This document shows positions 25,801 to 39,149 of a stretch of 64,000 nt of DNA, piece after piece. The stretch is taken from assembly GCF_006345805.1 (NCBI RefSeq), contig NC_042997.1, positions 101,122,001 through 101,186,000 on the forward strand, in the 5' to 3' direction. Positions within the stretch are counted from its first letter, which is position 1. The number at the start of each line of letters is the position of its first letter. This DNA is from Octopus sinensis (taxonomy: Eukaryota). Both the position numbers and the translations under genes were made by a program. The notes beneath the pieces were generated by a model, which worked only from the letters and a program-made list of their open reading frames with translations, did not search any database and was not told the DNA's origin.

Positions 25801-26032
25801 AGGAAGCGTTTCTGTGAGACAGACGAGTGCGCTGTCGAAGTACAGTACAACAGATGGTAAATGTTCAGTACAGCAGACAACTATGTGTACCTCGTGTGTG
25901 AATGGCGTGTGAAATAGGTGTGTTGTGTAAATGTCATTTTCCTTTGAAGTAAACAAACTTCATTTGTTCCTCTTCGATTTTTTAATTACCTGTTCACATG
26001 CACACACACACACACGGATATGTATATGTGTA

Positions 26033-27323
26033 CGTGGTGGTATTAAAAAGTTCCCGGACTAGTTCTGTAGCGCACCAACAGATGGCAGCATACGGATGCG
26101 TCCGCAGTGAGAGCTAGCAGTGACCTTCACGAGGGAATGTGCCGGGTGACATTGCTGCGTTTACTTCGCAAATAGTGAAAGTTGTGTTTTTGTGATCACG
26201 TGTATGCTGTAGTCTGCGATTTTGTCATGGACAGCAACAAAAAGCCAATGTGAAATTTTGCGTTAAACTTGGGAAGTCTGTTACAGAGATATTAAACATG
26301 CTTCGGCAAGCATACGACGACGAGGTAATGGGTCGTACGCAATATTTCGTGTGGTACGAGCGCTTTAAAAGTGGAAAACTTGCTGTGCGCGTCACCCCCG
26401 GAAATGCGTTAGTGTGCATCGATAATTCGTCCTCCGGGGTCAGACGTGAATCGCGAATTCTATTGCGATGTTTTGAAGCGTTTGAGGGAGGACATTTGCC
26501 GAAAGCGAGTGGATCTGAGGAGCGCGAAGAATTGGATTCTTCATGGCGACAATGCTCCCTGTCACCGAACTTTTCTCCTTCGTGAGTTTCTCGCCCCAAA
26601 CAACATACTATCGCTTCCGCACCCGCCAGACTGCGGACTTCCATCTCTTCTCCAATAGGAAAACGCAGCTCAAAGATTGCCGTTTAAACACCGTTGTCGA
26701 GATCCAGAGCGAATGGCAGGAGGTCCTCGACTCGCTTACGGAAAACAACTTCCAGCCCGGATTCCAAAAGTGGTAGGAACATTAGGACCGGTGGGATCTT
26801 TTCGGTTTGAACGGCAGTTTTTAACATAATTTCTAGGTAAGTAAAAATTTTAAACTTCGTATACTGGTAGAATGTGTTTATAGAACATCTTTTTCTCTTG
26901 GCTTTATTGAGAAAATTCTATAGTTTGTAAGATATTTGCTGTTTTTTTTCTTCAGCTTCTGCAATTTCAGCCAATCAGTGATGTCTATTGAGGTAAAAAA
27001 AACATTCTGTGCCGTATGAATATGTCCCTCGTTTAAGAAACAGATTGGGTTTATTTACATTTCTGAAGAAAAAAAGATAACCTTCCCCCCCACCCCTAAC
27101 CCTAACACAGATTGAAATGCAATAGATCGATACTAGGGTCATAATTATGGGTGACAATTTCATATGACACCGCTAGAAAAAACTGCCGTTTAAACCGAAA
27201 AGATCCGGACCGGTGTACTGCTGCGCATGGTGACTATTTCGAAGGTGATGTTAAACTTAGATAAGTAAGTTATTTTTTTTTTATTAAACATAACTAGTTT
27301 GGGGAGCTTTTGATACCAACTCG
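26033..27323 (+). mobile_element. Degenerate mariner with TIRs
   Basis: MKFCVKLGKSVTE, WILHGDNAPCH and TADFHLF; TIR cgtggtggtattaaaaagttcccggactag matches the reverse complement at 27295-27323. Confidence 0.9.
26794..27206. mobile_element. Second copy of the Merlin-like MITE (opposite orientation), 9-bp TSD
   Basis: Same TIRs; TSD ggaccggtg at 26785 and 27207. Confidence 0.88.
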
Positions 27324-27509
27324 TCTCTCTCATTATTCAAATATATGTGTGTATGTGTGTGCGTGCAGGCACACGTGTGTGTATGTGTGTATGTATATTT
27401 ATGTATATATGCACACACACACACACACACACGTACACACAAACGCTTATAGGAGGATAAGTATATAATTATACACACTCTTGTTTCTGTAATTTATTAA
27501 TACAAAGAG

Positions 27510-28665
27510 CAGGAGTTGTACAATTGCATAATTTTTCTAAACGATCACCTTGTTTTTCGATGCACTTCGTCCAGCAGTTCATAAGTCTGCTTATTCCATC
27601 GGAGAAGAAAGCTTTCGCCTGTTTGCGCAGTCATTTATGCACCACTTCTTGCACTTCATTGTCCGTAACAAATCGACAACCTTCGGCCATATAGGTAACA
27701 GGTGAAAGGGGTGAGATCTGGACAGTATGCAGCGTGTTCCAGCCTCTCGTAACCCAATTTTAAATGGTTTCAACGGCGTGGGTGGCCATTAATGGGCGTG
27801 CATGGTCGTGCAACAATAACAATAGTCCTTGACATTTAGTATGAATTGCTGGTTTCAAATTGTGGCCCAGCATTTCCTTATAGCCTACACTGGTGACTGT
27901 AGTTCCCTTTTCCAGTTGATGTTGGAGTATAGATCCTTTTGTGCTCTCCCACCAAATGGTTAGCTTCATCTTCTCTGCAGAAGTTGACTCTTAAATTCTT
28001 TCCTTTTTTTTTTTGCTGGCGATACTATACCTTTTGGATTCTGGCTTAAAGTGAACGTCCAAGCTTTCATCTCCTGTAACAATTCTCTCCCAAAACATTT
28101 TCCCATCATCTTTGTTACGGTCAAGTAAGCGGTGACAGATTTCCACACGATTGCGCTTATGCGCTTCGGTAAGCTTTCATGGCACCCCGCTCGAAACACT
28201 TTATTGAAGCAAAGCTTGTCGTGGAACGTTTCGCGTGTAGAACTAATTTACAGAGAACATGCCATTTCCCCGATGATCACTCGTTGGTTCACTAACTTGT
28301 TGAATCTTCACGTCATTGGTGGGGGTTGATAGGTTCCCTGCTCCCACTTCGGGTTTCGCGCTTATCCGGCCATTTTAGACTTTTTGATCCCCTCATACAT
28401 ACTTCTACGCTGTCCCCATTTTGTACTGAAAGTGTGCAATGAAAGTCAACACTCGACACGCCTACAGACCAGAGGAATGGGATCATTGAACACTGTTCTT
28501 TCTTGGTGTACACTGCCAGTGGAGCGGTTATATTTACTCAAGATCAAACCTCGATTATGTAACCACAAGGGTACCACATTTTGGCATGTAAGCGCTGAAA
28601 GCAGTGCGACCAACCTAAAGAAAGTTTTAGCAAAGTGCGGATAATTTTGAACTTACAACTTGTAC
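27510..28665 (-). mobile_element. Degenerate mariner transposon
   Basis: MYTKKEQCSMIPFLWSVGV (N-terminus), IWWESTKG.ILQHQLEKGTTVTS and LLLHDHARP. Confidence 0.85.
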
Positions 28666-28835
28666 TTACAAACGAAAGGGATGAACACTCAACACACGAT
28701 GTTTAATTTATGTTTAATGTTTATCTGTCATTTAGGGACTCATCCGATTGTTACTCAGTTTAGCACACGAAGCGACTACGATATGAATCATCAACTAATT
28801 CCTGACACGCACACACACATACACAGACACACACA

Positions 28836-28878
<43 letters not shown>

Positions 28879-29099
28879 ACACACATACACACGATAGGCT
28901 CACTTTCCATCAACTAATTTTAACACGCTATAGAGTATTAGTCAACACGCGACTGCCGTCAGATACACTGTTTAAGATGCCGTGCAGTAGGATCGAACCT
29001 GCAAGTCTATTAATGAAAAGCAAACTTCTTAACCTGACCGCCATACTTGAGCTTATTTAAATTTATAGTTTCTGGGCGGAGCTAGAAAGTATTTACCGT

Positions 29100-29990
29100 A
29101 TATTTCCGATGTTCAATGAGGTTTTGCGCAATTCTCATATTTATTCCAGATATTGATTTATAAGCAGTCTGTCTGAGAGATCCAAGCATATCAAACCTCC
29201 AGATACCGCAAAATCATATACTCAGTTGTTACACCATAAATTTCGCACTATATTTTTATACGCATCATTCTCTTGGCTCTTGGATTGGTGGCGGCTTGTC
29301 GACTTGCTTATGGCTGTGTGTGTTCATGCAGCTCACTCTGACATACGCCCTTTTTAACTCTGGTTCGCCCCTGAGATTCGTTTTGTCCCTCGCTTACATA
29401 CCAACGACCTTCTTGTCGTCTCCTCTACATAGGCATTGTTCGATTCGACCGCACACCTCATCCCTATCTAATTCTCTGTACACAGCCGTCATCCCCATGC
29501 AGCCAGTTAAACCGGAACTGACTCTATAAACATCTATCTTTAAAATATGCTCCAGTGTCCACATGCCAGTAATATCTACCTCAACAGCATAAATATAAAT
29601 CTCTCTACATACCGAGAAAACATAATCAATATCCCTGCAAAATATGAACATAATATAACTAGAAATCTCAAGGACACTACAACTACAAAATCCCATCATC
29701 GCTAATTCTCTCCTACGAATATACGTTCCCAACAAAGATTGCGTCACAAAGATAACTTCCCTTTGAGTGGCTGGAATACTTTATTTACCCAACAACTATT
29801 AATCATCTACAAAGATGCTAAAATGGCCTCTGCACATCGAAGTAGGCTGGCCTTGTGCTATCTCCACTCAAGTACTTTATTATCGTCTCTCTTCCTTTCG
29901 TCATTCATGTTGTGTCCCTTTCCCATTCTCCGGACTAACCTCTTCGCCTAATCCTTCGTCTCCAACTATCGAATCCCAGGAATTCCTTCT
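29100..29990 (-). mobile_element. Tx1/L1-type LINE fragment (endonuclease region)
   Basis: IFCRDID and neighbouring motifs resemble the 63.4-64.0 kb element. Confidence 0.65.
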
Positions 29991-30149
29991 CTACTCATGT
30001 GTTTCCTGTAGTCACCAACTTATAGGTGTCAATGAGGAACATTAAACACATTGGTCTTGCTGGTCTCGGACAGCCTTTGAAAGCCATGGACGCAATCATT
30101 TTAGAATAAAAATAGAAAGAAAAAGGCAAAACTAGAAATATTTTATCAT

Positions 30150-30700
30150 AAATTACGCAGTATAAAGAAACTGCTTGCTGCATATAAAGCAATGTCAATT
30201 TAACAGCCGGCAATAAAATATTTCAGAATCGTGGCATCATGACCGACTGAAAATGATGTAGTCTGATTCGTCGATTAATATTTCTCTTGGTATTCTTCCA
30301 GAATGTACCAAAAACATTTATAAATTGTATGAATACGAAGTGTTCTTGAAGTTGTGCATCTGCCTTGGTATTGTGGGCGTGGTACGATTAGACACATAAT
30401 GGCAGATACTGTGAGTTGATGCTTGCTGCGAAAACAAATTCTGCCTATTGCATGTCTAGTGTGCCTTGTACTTTTAGCAGCTTCGTTCCGCTGCGTAGGT
30501 GGTCTGTGTGTAACCTACGATTGAGCGAGGAGTGCAGCTCTATATTCTTTTGCAGTTTGCCGTGACTTTTCTGGAATGATTAGTGTAGCAGCAGGACTAG
30601 AAATGCTTTGTTCTTTTTTTTAAAATATATTTTGACAATTGTAACGTTTGCGAGTGTTGTTTAGGTGTTTCCGAGTCAATGTTTTCGCTTTTTTTATATT
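30150..30700 (-). mobile_element. Possible PLE ORF N-terminal remnant
   Basis: KRTKHF*SCCYT..IIPEK resembles the PLE H..FL..C....IIP motif; heavily decayed. Confidence 0.3.
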
Positions 30701-31649
30701 TTTACTGACTTGTGTATAATGTACCAATGTAGGGTGATGTTGGAGTGGTGAAACTATTAGCGGATCGAGAAAAGTATCGTGCTGCATTTCTTCCAGCTCT
30801 GTGCATTCTGAAATCAACGCCTGCTGGGACATAGTACGAACTTGTATTGACCCAAGTCAGTGACCGTCTTTCCCTTGATTAAATATCACTGGCGTCGGGA
30901 TAGAAGACTTATATTTGCGAGCAACTGCCAGCCTTCCTCAAAAAAATCTTGTCTTTAAGTTTGTGCATTCATGAGCAGAAACATGAGAAACATGGTCAAA
31001 CATAACCGACGGAGATTCTAGTTTGTGTGTTGCAAATGAATTGAGGATTATTTATAGAATTTGTACATGTTATTTTCAGTGTGTGTGTGTATGTGTGTGG
31101 GGTGGGTGGGGTGGGGGTGGATGTGTATGCTACGTTTATGATCTTGAGTGTTGTCTTTGTTTCTATTTGTTCTTTTATATCGCTAAGAAGGAAGAATGTT
31201 CTGAGTTGGTCGGTGCTAACTTTATATTTAATGGTAAAACCAGATTTGTAGCAGCTTGATGTGCGCGCGGAGCACTAGTACTACAAGTATGTGTAGAATG
31301 ATGTTGTGGAAGAAATTTCTGTTATCTCCTGCATATGAAGTTATGTGCATATTTCATGAGGGTGTGAAAGAGATTTTGCAGACACAGAGTAAAGAGAGCA
31401 GATGAAAGGATGAATCTTTGCTTTACGCTATTGATTCTAGATGGTTTATTGCAATCTTTGCATGCATTGTGTCATGAAAAATAATAATTTTCAATCAGCC
31501 TTTCCCGTTGTTTTATAGAAGTTGCTTAATATTTTATTTGCAAGTGAATGGAATGGAATGGAACTGCAGTTAGAAAGCTTTATGCTTTTGTTTTTGTTGT
31601 TGAACCCGGACATGTATATTTGTGTGATGTGTAGTAGCTTATTTATTGT

Positions 31650-31901
31650 TTTATTCTTTTACTTTTTAACTGTTTTCAGTCATTAGACTGCGGTCATACT
31701 GGGGCGTTGCTTTGAAGAATTTTAGTCGAATTAATTGCTCCCCCCCCCCCAACCAGAAGTTATTTTTTGTTAAATCTGGTATCTATTCTATTGGTTTATT
31801 TTGCCGAACCCCTAAGGTTACAGGAACGTAAACAAGCCAGCATCGGTTGTCAAGCAGTGGTGGGAAATAAAATGACACACACACATACATACATACATAC
31901 A

Positions 31902-31933
<32 letters not shown>

Positions 31934-32085
31934 CATACATACATACATGTATGCATACATACGACGAGTTTCTTTCAGTTTCCGTCTCCCAAATCCACTC
32001 GGACCGAGGCTATAGGAGAAGACATGCTGTGGGACTGAACTTGGGACCATGTGGTTGGAAAGTAAATTTCTTACCACATAGCCTG
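31650..32085 (-). mobile_element. SINE family 3 with an internal (CATA)n
   Basis: Reverse-complement match to 45820-46310. Confidence 0.75.
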
Positions 32086-32749
32086 ATCTGCGCTTATTTA
32101 TTTATTTATTTATCTATTTATTCATTTCTTTGTTTACTATTTTCTTAACTAGATGCGGGAGGACAAAGTAAATGATGTTTTCTACCCTTTCAAGACTGGC
32201 AGGAAGAAGGGAGGAAGCCATCGGATATTTAAAATAAAGGCCTCCAAATGGCCAGGTGATGGAGTTAAACATGTCTTCCTCCAACAGGCTTCCAGACAGT
32301 TTCCATCAACCGAATTCCACCCATAAGGCATTAAGTCGACCTAAGGTAATATTAGAAGATGCTTAACCAAGGTGTCACATAGTGGGATCAACCCCTAAAG
32401 CACGTTGCATCGAAGTGATCTTCTTAAACATACGGCCATATCTGATTGTAGGGATTTAACCATATCGTGGAATGGGAAGGATGAAAATTTCTGAAATGCT
32501 AAAAGTGTGTCTACCAGGGTGATCCTTTGGTTGATGCTGCTTATTGTTTCTTTTTGTTTGTTATGTTTTAAAACTGTTTTAATCCAGTTTGCAGGTTCTG
32601 GGTAGTTGGCAGTACTCCTGTCACTAGTTAAAGATGTTGGTGAAGGAAAATGTTCCTGGTGAATGGAAAAAGATTCTGACAGTCCCCCAAGCATTTGATA
32701 TTTGGAATTACCCACTGCCTTTTTTTTTTGTCAGATATAAAAATAGACT

Positions 32750-33920
32750 TAAGGTGAGGTCTTTCTGTGTATCTTTTGTGCTCATGTATTCTCTTTTTGA
32801 TTTAGGTTGACTGATTTGGGGAAAAGTGATGAATAAGTTTGCTTATTGCTGTAATAACAGCTGAAATTACTGATATATAATGTGCTGTGGTGTGGCAGTT
32901 GTTAGAGCTGTTATGCTGCTAATTTCTTCATATAGTGTTATGCTGTTTGTGGTTCATGGTGGATACAATCTTTGTCAGTTTCCAGCCTTTCTTTGTTTTT
33001 AATTAATTCCTTAGGTTATAATTTCTAGTTCTCTTGTAGGAAGCATTGGCACATGAGACTGACCTTAGCATTTTTCTGATTGAATATTCTTGTTTAGTTA
33101 AGGTTATATGTTTATGTTGCCTTGAAGATATGCTACTTTGAGGCAAGCTCTACAAATATTTTGTCAAGTATTTGCATTGCAGTGTCTATTGTGGTGATTG
33201 TGCTGATAGTGTTGTTGACACGATTTTAATCGGGAACTGTAAAATAATTTGTTGTTGATGGATGTGATTTCTCTAGAATGGTAGAATGGTTTGATGTTTG
33301 TGAAAATGATTTTGGTTTTTTCAGTGTTATGTGATATGGATTGGAAGGCAGTCACAAGTGATTCAGAAAATTTTTCGCCATGATATTATGCTAATTAAAT
33401 TCATGGAGAAGAAGCATTATTATGAAAGGAATCAGTGTAGCTTCGTGAGTTATGCTGGAGTGTTTGCGTAGGCTGTTTAAGATATATATAGAGCTTAATT
33501 TATTCTAGAGTTTTCTATATTGTCTTCGTACATGCAAATACCGTGAACAATTAAGCCGTCTTAATCGTGGTATATTAAGCTGTTGTAACTGGAATGCTTG
33601 AAGTTGGTGAGAATAAGTTTACGTCTATTCCATTAGCATTTATTTTAGGTTTCTTGTGTTTTTATCATCAGTTCATATATTTCTAATAATCTTGTCATCC
33701 TTGTTGACTATCATTTGTATTGTCGATGTACTGGATACATGACTTTGTATATGTTACAAAGCTTTCACTGTGGTGGTTTGTCTTACTTTATTACGATGTA
33801 ATCAGCGAGGGTGGTGGATTTTAAGGAACCTGTGTTAAGGTTTTAGCTTTGTTTCTTGCATCATTGCTGTGTGAATATAGTGTACAATGATGAAGTCTTT
33901 TAGCTCGTCTTAAATTTAGA
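32750..33920 (-). mobile_element. Degenerate LINE apurinic-like endonuclease region (Jockey/I-like)
   Basis: AMMQETKLKP and TCDCLPIHIT (equivalent to SDHLPI). Confidence 0.6.
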
Positions 33921-35199
33921 TAATCTGTGTGAATAGTGAACATGATACGAGGTCCACACGCAGTGCATAATCAGAACTAGAGTATGAATCTAACGGCAAG
34001 TTTTGCCAAGATGTTTGCAGCAATTAAATTCAATACTGCAGGCTAGTGAATTTTGTCTAATTTGCAATTTTGTCAATCTTAAATCAACATGTTGTTCCTG
34101 TTATTACGTTCTCTATTTTTCGTTAGAAAGAATTGGCTATTAGAAAGTTAATTTCCTTTGCCATTTCAGTACCGTTACCCACACACTCTCATCAAATAAT
34201 TATTTTAGCTTTAGAACGATCTCGTAATCACACAGGCACTTGAATCTCAATGTGCCACATTACTGACAATTCCTTTTCTTTGAATATTGCTTTTTTATCC
34301 TTCAAGCTATTCTAGGATAAAAATAGAAATTTGATTTTTTTTCCTTACTGATCTTCGAAAATATTTGGTGGTAGAGATACAAAAGGAAAAGACGTGTACT
34401 GCCGAACCATTTCTCTTGCACTGTTGCATATGAAAACAAAGATATTTAACAGATATCCTGAATTATGTCCCTTCTTTCAATAATTCTATTTGTCAGGGAC
34501 GAGCGTAAAAAGTGTTTATTAAAATCTTCGTTTAAATATGATTTTTGAAATACTAAATATTATTTTCAAAGTACTTTACAGATAATTTCCTTTCATCTTC
34601 AGCGTATGTGTTCTTGTGAAAATGATTAACAATGTAGCTATAAGCACCTAATTACAATAACAATGCAATATGTTATCTTTGAGAAGTAATTATCTGCTTT
34701 AAAAATAATTGTCAGATCCAGAACTTGAGACTTAAAGTTCGTATTTGACGTTTTTATTCTCTTTTTATTGAAGTTATTACTATTGCAAAAGAAGCAGCAG
34801 GTGACTGGATGTATGGGAGCGATTAATGAGTCTTAGTTCTTGTCGCTCTCATTGAGATGTGTTCGTGGTTGAAACATTTGATTCTTACTCTTTCCAGCTA
34901 GCTACAACGAACTAAATATATGGATAATAAATGTATATAACGATAAGGCTCACTTGTCATAAAACAGCTGGAGTAGCTATTTGATTAGTGAATTCTTCGT
35001 TAAGCTACAGTGCTAAAAATTCTCCTAAAGACTAAGGATAGATAAGAGAAAAACGTCTCCATTGTTATTACTTCTAGAGATCCTAAAGTGGATGAATGAT
35101 CAGAGGTTCAATCAATCTCCCACAACATTATTCACTGTAACAAGGAGTAAATCACTTCGCCATCATTTGGAAAGCAGAAACTGCGTGGAAGCCCGTCGT

Positions 35200-36130
35200 A
35201 TACATACATATATTTATGTGTGTCTTTCTATCTGCGTCTCTCTCCTCACACTGGTTGAAAGCTTTTGGATTATAGACACAATCTACCCGACGGGCTCCTA
35301 CACCATTTCCTTCAGCCCAATTTCACTCACAAGTATGGGTCCATCCGATGCTAGAGAAAATGGCATTCGCCCAAATTGTCACACATCAGGATAGAATCCT
35401 GGACGTCGTACTTGCCTACAGCTTATTATGTAGAGAGATCTTAATTAAAAAGAATTAAAATAACGATCGGTTTCAAATTTTGGTACAATGCAGCTATGTC
35501 GGGGAGGGAGTAAGAAGGTAAGTCGATTAGATCGACCCAAGTGCTCAAATGACAAATATTTTATCAGCCTCGAAAGGAAGAAAGGCAAAGTTGACTCGGC
35601 GGAATTTGAACACAGAACGTAATGCTGTTTGACATTTTGCGTGGCTTGCTAGCGATTCCGCTTTTATGCAAATAAAAAAAAATGTGGAAGAAAAGAAAAT
35701 GAATAGTTAATAAAAAAAACAATTCTTTTACTTACATAGAAACTATAAATTTTACTTTCAATGGAGTTTGCACGATAAGATCTGTTGATGATACTGGAAA
35801 TGTGAATTTCATGTAGACTTCACATTCAATGCTCATTACAGTGAAATAGCTGAATCCGTTTTGACCTATGGGACTTCTTAGTTAATTTTTTTTAATCCAC
35901 TTCAGATTTGAAACAGTTTTTGTTTGACGCCAATATCATAAGCGATATAAGGTGGTGAGCTGGCAGAATTGTTAGCATGCCGGGCAAAATGCTCTGCGGC
36001 ATTTAGTCAGTCTTTACATACTGAGTTCAAATGCCTTTCATCGGAGTCGATAAAATAGGTACTGGGGTCAATGTAATCGATTTATCCCTTCTCCGAAATT
36101 GCTGTCCTTGTGCCAAAATTTGAAACCAAT
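35200..36130. mobile_element. SINE cluster: 35200-35425 (-), 35465-35660 (-), 35950-36130 (+)
   Basis: Family 1 and family 3 motifs. Confidence 0.75.
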
Positions 36131-36452
36131 ATCATAAGTAATATAAAATTTCAGGAAGTTCAGTAAAATACATAAATTTTTCACCGACTTTCTCTGTGTG
36201 ATTTAACAAAATTTGATGACACCTTCATAATTGGGTTCCAGGTGCAAACAACTTTGAATGAAGGAAAGAACCCAAATTCACAGATTCTCCATTTAATAAG
36301 CTTTCTGACACTTTCTTTGCCTAAACTGAAAGCGAGCTATTAACATTGACAATAAATATTCCGTATTTTTTAAAAAACTTCTGAGGAGTTTGAGATTTAA
36401 GAAGTAGATCAAAAGTGTTGGCACCACTGAAATCATACATACACGATTTTAC

Positions 36453-36664
36453 TTGTGTTGAACTTGTTTTTGATAATCTTCACATGCAGTCTGATCCTTG
36501 GCTTTTTGTTCAATGTTTGAATCTGTGGACCAAATAGCTTGGTATTTAGTTGCAACCGCATTAAAACCATATAAAAGGCCTTTTGTTGATTTGCATGTGA
36601 TGATCATCTGGTATCTGGTATTCTTTTTATAATGAGCATATGACTCTACCATAAGGTAACGCAG
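36453..36664 (-). CDS. Possible coding exon of unknown product (or a hAT dimerisation-domain remnant)
   Basis: ttctgtccag|CTG...CACAA|gtaaaa; 212 nt open (LRYLMVESYAHY...CEDYQKQVQH); KYQAIWSTDSNIEQ weakly resembles hAT KYLAIPSTSA..ER. Confidence 0.3.
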
Positions 36665-37039
36665 CTGGACAGAATTACTACTGGTAGGTAAAAGTAGAAA
36701 AAATATATAAAAATAGAAAGAAAATTAATGCCTTTTGAAAACATTTAGCGCTGAATTTTCGACTAAATTTAGTGGATGCGTATACTATGGAATATAATCA
36801 GGAAATTCATTTAGCTCTTTAAACCTTGGTTGTAAGCTCCTATACTTACCATCTATATTGCTGTTATTGTTAAAACTTAGGTTACAGCAGCAACTGTCAT
36901 CGTTGTCATTGATGATGATGACGGATAATGATTAAAAAAAAACATACAAATATACAAGTATATATAAATATGTATATATAAATTTATCTGAATTGAGTAT
37001 GTGGATAATTTGAAAGCTAAATGGCAAGTTTTAACATTG

Positions 37040-37385
37040 GGAGTCTTTAGTTACACAATGTTGTTGATTTATGTAGCCGTTGTCACTAGAGCTGCAGCGT
37101 CCTGTGTCGTTCTTGACAGTGTTATATACAATTGGCCATGCACTAACAGTTCAGTTAGGAAGAACGGGCCTATTTTGCTCAGTGATTGACGTTGAAACTT
37201 ATTAACTGTAACTGAGAAGACCACGCGAACTGGAACCTGTAAGGGTGAGTGGTAGTGTGGTGCCTGCAGATGTCAGTTTAAATCTTGATAAAATTACATG
37301 TCTTCCATAACATTCTCCTTTGGCAACAGTATTCCCTTCAGTCATTTGTTCACATAAATAGGTATTAGAATTCTGAAAATAACTC
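37040..37385 (-). pseudogene. Helitron Pif1 helicase C-terminal fragment
   Basis: GECYGRHVILSRFKL, frameshift, then VNKFQRQSLSKIG...HGQLYITLSRT. Confidence 0.75.
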
Positions 37386-38227
37386 ATTAACCTTATTTAA
37401 ATTTCGCAATAATATTACAACATACCCGTTCTACAATAACTACTTCTTTCTCCTCTTAATTTTTACTTCATTCCGTTTTTTCTTTCCTTTGTCGATGGCG
37501 TCTTTGTTTCATTCGTGATTATCTTTGGTTGCCGTTCGTAATTCATAATGTATATGTATAAATAGACTAATGTTTTCAGGATAGGCACAACAGTTTTTAG
37601 TAATTGTTGTTTTAGAATTGTTGGTTAAAACTTGAATTGTTTATCGTATCTATTGTGATAGGGATATAGATTCTGTAATAAAAGGAAATCTTTCACAAGA
37701 GAGAAAAATAGCGCTCACTGACAAAAAAATATTACAGAAAGTCAAAAAGCGACATGCTGATGTATGAGTGATTTTCAGGGCTGATCGAGTTTCCTAAAGA
37801 TAGTATCAGAAAAAAAAATGAAACATTTAATAATAATATTTCTACGCAAGACAAACCTTTCTCATACACAGTGTATGTAAAAAAAAAAGATAGAAGTATA
37901 ATTCTAGCAAAGCCAATACCAAAGTGAATACTTTAAATTTCCAAGAATCCCACCACCTTACACACACACACACACACACATACGCGCGCTTGCTTGCACA
38001 CACTTGCACATTTTATTGCGAAGTGACATGAAAGGTAGTTTCAGATTATTGTTGAATTTCAAAGTCAAAGCATATCATATTAGTAATACTTATTTCTACA
38101 GTTTAACGTTGATATTATTCTACATTAATATAAACTTGTTATTTGAGCTATAGTTTTACGTAACGGTCTAAGTGTAAAGTAAAAACAGTACACAACAAAA
38201 TGTTTATTACCTGTCTATTCATCTTGA

Positions 38228-38760
38228 CTTGATTTAATAGGGTTACTAATTATCAGTTCATTTGCCAACAGAATGTGGCGGTCCTATAATGGACGATGTT
38301 ACGACTGTTTAAGCCCCAGGAAAACATCTTTTCCAGCTGGCTATTGACACACAGTCTGTGTCCGTATAGTGTTTCCAAGGGATGTTATCGCTCCCTTCTC
38401 CAGCCAGTGATTGTCTCACACTGAGGACGGCTATATACCCAGAAACCATGGTCTGTGAATATCACGTAAGGCTGGAGATGGGAGCGATGACCACCCTTGC
38501 AAACACTAATCGGACACAGACTGTGTGTCGATAGCCAGCTGGAAAAGATGTTTTCCTAGGGCTTAAACAGCAGTATCATCGTCCTTTATAGGACTGTCAC
38601 ATTCTGTTGGCAAATGAACTGATAATTAGTTACCCTATTAAATCAAATCAATGGGGTTTAAACAACAGTAACATCGGCCTTGATAGGATCGCCACATTCT
38701 GTTGGTTAATAAACTTTACTATTCCGTACTGTTACTGTATATCTCTCGCTGAGAGATTTA
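38228..38760 (+). mobile_element. Fold-back repeat, family H (arms about 38228-38404 and 38470-38648)
   Basis: About 180-bp inverted repeat; arms homologous to the 44 kb and 53 kb elements. Confidence 0.9.
38407..38465 (+). ncRNA. Type-I hammerhead (GUC) with intact core, in the fold-back apex
   Basis: GTGAT..CACA CTGAGGA cGG ctatatac CCa GAAAC CATG GTC TGTG..ATCAC. Confidence 0.85.
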
Positions 38761-39149
38761 AAACAAGTTATTATCAGTGTCGACAGTATATTAATTATCC
38801 ATTGTCAATGGATTTACAGTTCTACACCTCTAATTTATAGTGTATTATTAATGCTATGAATAATCTAATTCGTTCAACCGATTCTATTTATGAGAGAAAA
38901 AAATTAATCTTTGTTGTCTTATGACGAGTTTAAAGCACCGAAAGGGGAAAATCATTATGGTAAATCTATCAATTAGCATCCGACAAGAGTTAACTCTACT
39001 CATTTACAGTTGTCATTCAATTCGATTTTTGTAATGTTTTTGATTTAAATGCATTGGAACTCAGATTGTTTTGAATGTTGTATCAACTTCAAGCACCCAG
39101 TTGTTCATAAAAGGTGAAGGTTTATATTACTATAGTGATACAGCATGTA

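Noticed and set aside
33640-33675. Minus-strand CTGATGA...GAAAC
   Set aside because: Inside LINE coding remnant; no stem I or II pairing.
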